Shown here one piece after another: positions 17,425-19,238 of a stretch of 19,238 bases of DNA. The notes under the pieces were generated by a model. That model saw only the letters and a list, made by a program, of their open reading frames with translations, was not told the origin of the DNA and made no database searches. Position numbers and translations under genes: made by a program. Within the stretch, counting starts at the first letter, position 1. Each line of letters opens with the position of its first letter. The stretch comes from a virus: UHGV virus genome UHGV-1568686, one strand, 5' to 3'.

Positions 17425-17527
17425 TGTTGGCTCCGTTTATCCGTTAAAAGGGATATCAGTTAAGTTATCCCGTGTAGGGTATAAGCCATTATCAAAGCCA
17501 CTCTGTAGGGAATGGCTTTTGTAATAA

Positions 17528-17908
17528 CTACTGTTCGCTTAGCTTCTGCTTCAGCAAGTAACCTTCGAGCATCCAGATTTTGTTTACAGCATTCTGCCGG
17601 GCAATCTTCCGACCAATTTCTGCATCAAAGTTTTCCGGGCTTGCACAGGCACTCTCTCCGGTGACGGTGAAGCCATTCTTCAGCACCAGTACGCAGAAAG
17701 TGAGCAACTTCAATGGTGATAAATCACGATCGCCTTCTTCTGGTTTTTCTCTGCCACAATATTCGTTACTGGAAATGGCACCATTACGTCCATCATAAGC
17801 AGTAAAGTAATGCTCGCTTTTAATCACGTCTTCGATGTGCTGCGGGGTGATTCGCGGTGCCGTTTTGCCTTTCTCAACGATTTCTTTTTCGATTTGCTGG
17901 TCGTTCAT
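17528..17908 (-). CDS. Phage protein of the Sf6 gene 66 / N4 gp49-like family (126 aa)
   Basis: SEHYFTAYDG...LKLLTFCVLVLKNGFTVTGESACASPENFDAEIGRKIARQNA matches my recollection of the Phage_gp49_66 family signature. Lies between the lysis genes and the terminase, as in Sf6. Confidence 0.65.
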   Translation of the reverse strand: MNDQQIEKEIVEKGKTAPRITPQHIEDVIKSEHYFTAYDGRNGAISSNEYCGREKPEEGDRDLSPLKLLTFCVLVLKNGFTVTGESACASPENFDAEIGRKIARQNAVNKIWMLEGYLLKQKLSEQ

Positions 17909-18086
17909 AATTATGACCCTGTGGAGTGGTTGCTTGATTACGATGTCTTTCCATCAGTCCGCCACCACAAAGAATCTTTTTTGCCATAAGGCAGGAGGTT
18001 CATCTTTCAGTGGCTGCCAGTGTTATTTCCCCACTTACTGGCTTGGGTTGTTTCGCTGTACTGCCGTTAATTAGTGAGTCCGGGGA

Positions 18087-18572
18087 TTATTTCAGTTCGT
18101 TACCAGGCATTTCTTTTAGCTCTTTCAAATGACAACGATTGAGGCTAAACCACTCCCCGTGCGACCTATAGTTGTAATATTTTTGGTGCAATTTGGTTTC
18201 AAGCTCTCTATCGGCAGGAATCTTTGCAATTAGATTTAGCTTCCCACCACTCATGCGAGATATCTCTGAAATTCGTTTATTAACCCTGCGACTAAACCCT
18301 ATTTTTGTTAGCCCACTATCTTCAGCATGCAGAACGTACACATATGATTTTTGCGAAGCACTGGGTGCGACTTTGTTGTAATTAATCATGTCAAACATAA
18401 AGCCTTGCTTTAGCAAAGTTTCAAAAAAGATAGAATTAACACACCCATTCCTTCTCAGCTCTGCACTTAGCTTGTCAATTTCCTCTATGATGTCGCCAGA
18501 CCCCTTTCCACTTATAAGAAAATCTTGGTACATGCGACCAATTCTTGAGGTAATTTCAACAAAGTTATTCAT
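18087..18572 (-). CDS. T5orf172 (GIY-YIG-like) domain protein with an uncharacterised N-terminal region (161 aa)
   Basis: C-terminal half YVYVLHAEDSGLTKIGFSRRVNKRISEIS...ELETKLHQKYYNYRSHGEWFSL follows the T5orf172/GIY-YIG-like pattern (YVYVL...KIG.S...R...E..LH...GEWF). The gene appears AT-rich (by eye). AAGG Shine-Dalgarno upstream. Confidence 0.7.
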   Translation of the reverse strand: MNNFVEITSRIGRMYQDFLISGKGSGDIIEEIDKLSAELRRNGCVNSIFFETLLKQGFMFDMINYNKVAPSASQKSYVYVLHAEDSGLTKIGFSRRVNKRISEISRMSGGKLNLIAKIPADRELETKLHQKYYNYRSHGEWFSLNRCHLKELKEMPGNELK

Positions 18573-18718
18573 AGCGTTTACCTTTTAGAAAGATGAGCCT
18601 GTTCGCACAGAAAAGCCGCCCCCGAGATGGTCGCCACCATATACGGCAGTTCTCAGGCTCAGCTTTCTGAAAGACTCGGGATTGTTACGCGCTGCGATGC
18701 GCGGTTTACTGCAGATGT

Positions 18719-18742
18719 AAAAAAGCCCCGCAAATGCGAGGC
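18719..18742 (-). terminator. Intrinsic terminator downstream of Rz/Rz1
   Basis: On the minus strand: GCCUCGC, loop AUUU, GCGGGGC (one G-U wobble) followed by UUUUUU. Plus-strand stem 18725-18742, A-run 18719-18724. Confidence 0.55.
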
Positions 18743-18916
18743 TAAATCCTGGTATTTGTAATGACTGGCTCTTATCTCAACGCAGCCCCTTACCGCGCGC
18801 CAGATGCTCAATATCAAGCATCAGCAATGAGATGTTTAATCTGGATTCACTCCAGAAGTGATCACCACCCTGTCTACAGAGCCAGATGTGAAGGATGATG
18901 AGTAAAATTATCGCTA

Positions 18917-19238
18917 TCATCGAAGGCATTGCGTCCTGATGTATTCCTGCAAGTAGTTAACCTGCGCGGTTATCCTGTCGATTCCACTTCGGAGACGGTA
19001 ATAATTGAGTTCAGCATCTGCTGTAAGTCCTGGGCTTTCTCCATCGCCCATGCTGCTGGCTCCGGTCGTTGACTTTGCACAGGTGGCGGCGACTTGCAGG
19101 CGCTTACGACCAGCAGAAACATCAGCACGGAGACTTTCGATAGTCGCGTTAGCATCAGCAAGTTCCTTTGTATATCTTGCGTCGAGTTCTGCTACATCAC
19201 GTTGACGCTTCTGCATATCAGCGATGATGGATGTGGCT
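18917..19238 (-). CDS. rz: Rz i-spanin, 5'-truncated by the window edge
   Basis: MQKRQRDVAELDARYTKELADA...GRKRLQV...YIRTQC aligns with lambda Rz (MQMRQRDVAALDAKYTKELADA...GRRRLHI...INEQCR). The N-terminal membrane anchor lies beyond the window. Confidence 0.85.
   Translation of the reverse strand, partial: ATSIIADMQKRQRDVAELDARYTKELADANATIESLRADVSAGRKRLQVAATCAKSTTGASSMGDGESPGLTADAELNYYRLRSGIDRITAQVNYLQEYIRTQCLR
18970..19161 (-). CDS. rz1: Rz1 o-spanin lipoprotein, embedded in Rz in the +1 frame (63 aa)
   Basis: Signal sequence with a lipobox-like VVSAC followed by a Pro-rich segment (KSPPPVQSQRPEPAAW), resembling lambda Rz1 (VVVGC...PPPPPAW). Embedded architecture typical of lambdoid spanins. 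Confidence 0.75.
   Translation of the reverse strand: MLMLTRLSKVSVLMFLLVVSACKSPPPVQSQRPEPAAWAMEKAQDLQQMLNSIITVSEVESTG

Noticed and set aside
17835-18074. 79-aa plus-strand ORF, and an AGGAGG motif on the plus strand near 17990
   Set aside because: No start codon at suitable spacing from the AGGAGG (the nearest GTG is 11 nt away). The ORF overlaps the gene-66-like gene antisense; treated as coincidental.
1-19238. Looked for CRISPR arrays, tRNA genes, integrase/attachment sites and IS elements
   Set aside because: No regularly spaced direct repeats, no cloverleaf-like tRNA candidates, and no transposase- or integrase-like translations seen. The window appears to be internal to the prophage, so none are reported.

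Overview
This window is the late/morphogenetic arm of a P22/Sf6-like lambdoid podovirus prophage from an enterobacterial host, with the late operon on the minus strand (transcribed from high to low coordinates). From the right edge it runs: the 3' part of Rz with embedded Rz1, an accessory cluster (T5orf172-like protein, Sf6 gene-66-like protein, an 80-aa ORF and a 23-aa micro-ORF), then terminase small and large subunits, portal, scaffold, coat, P22 gp4/gp10/gp26/gp14 homologues and the three ejection proteins gp7/gp20/gp16. Left of gene 16, where P22 carries sieA and immI, lies an accessory island: a periplasmic small protein, a minimal ImmA/IrrE-like HExxH protein, a YjzC-like small protein, and an immI-like cassette (Mnt-like, Arc-like, Bro-N antirepressor, KilAC-like protein, second Mnt-like gene). 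The tailspike and integrase are not in the window. The head and packaging genes look Sf6-type while the immunity region looks P22-type, so the prophage is mosaic. All assignments rest on reading the supplied translations and recalled family signatures; no database search or computation was run. The most interesting candidates are the accessory genes at the two classical moron positions (after gene 16, and between the lysis cassette and the terminase).
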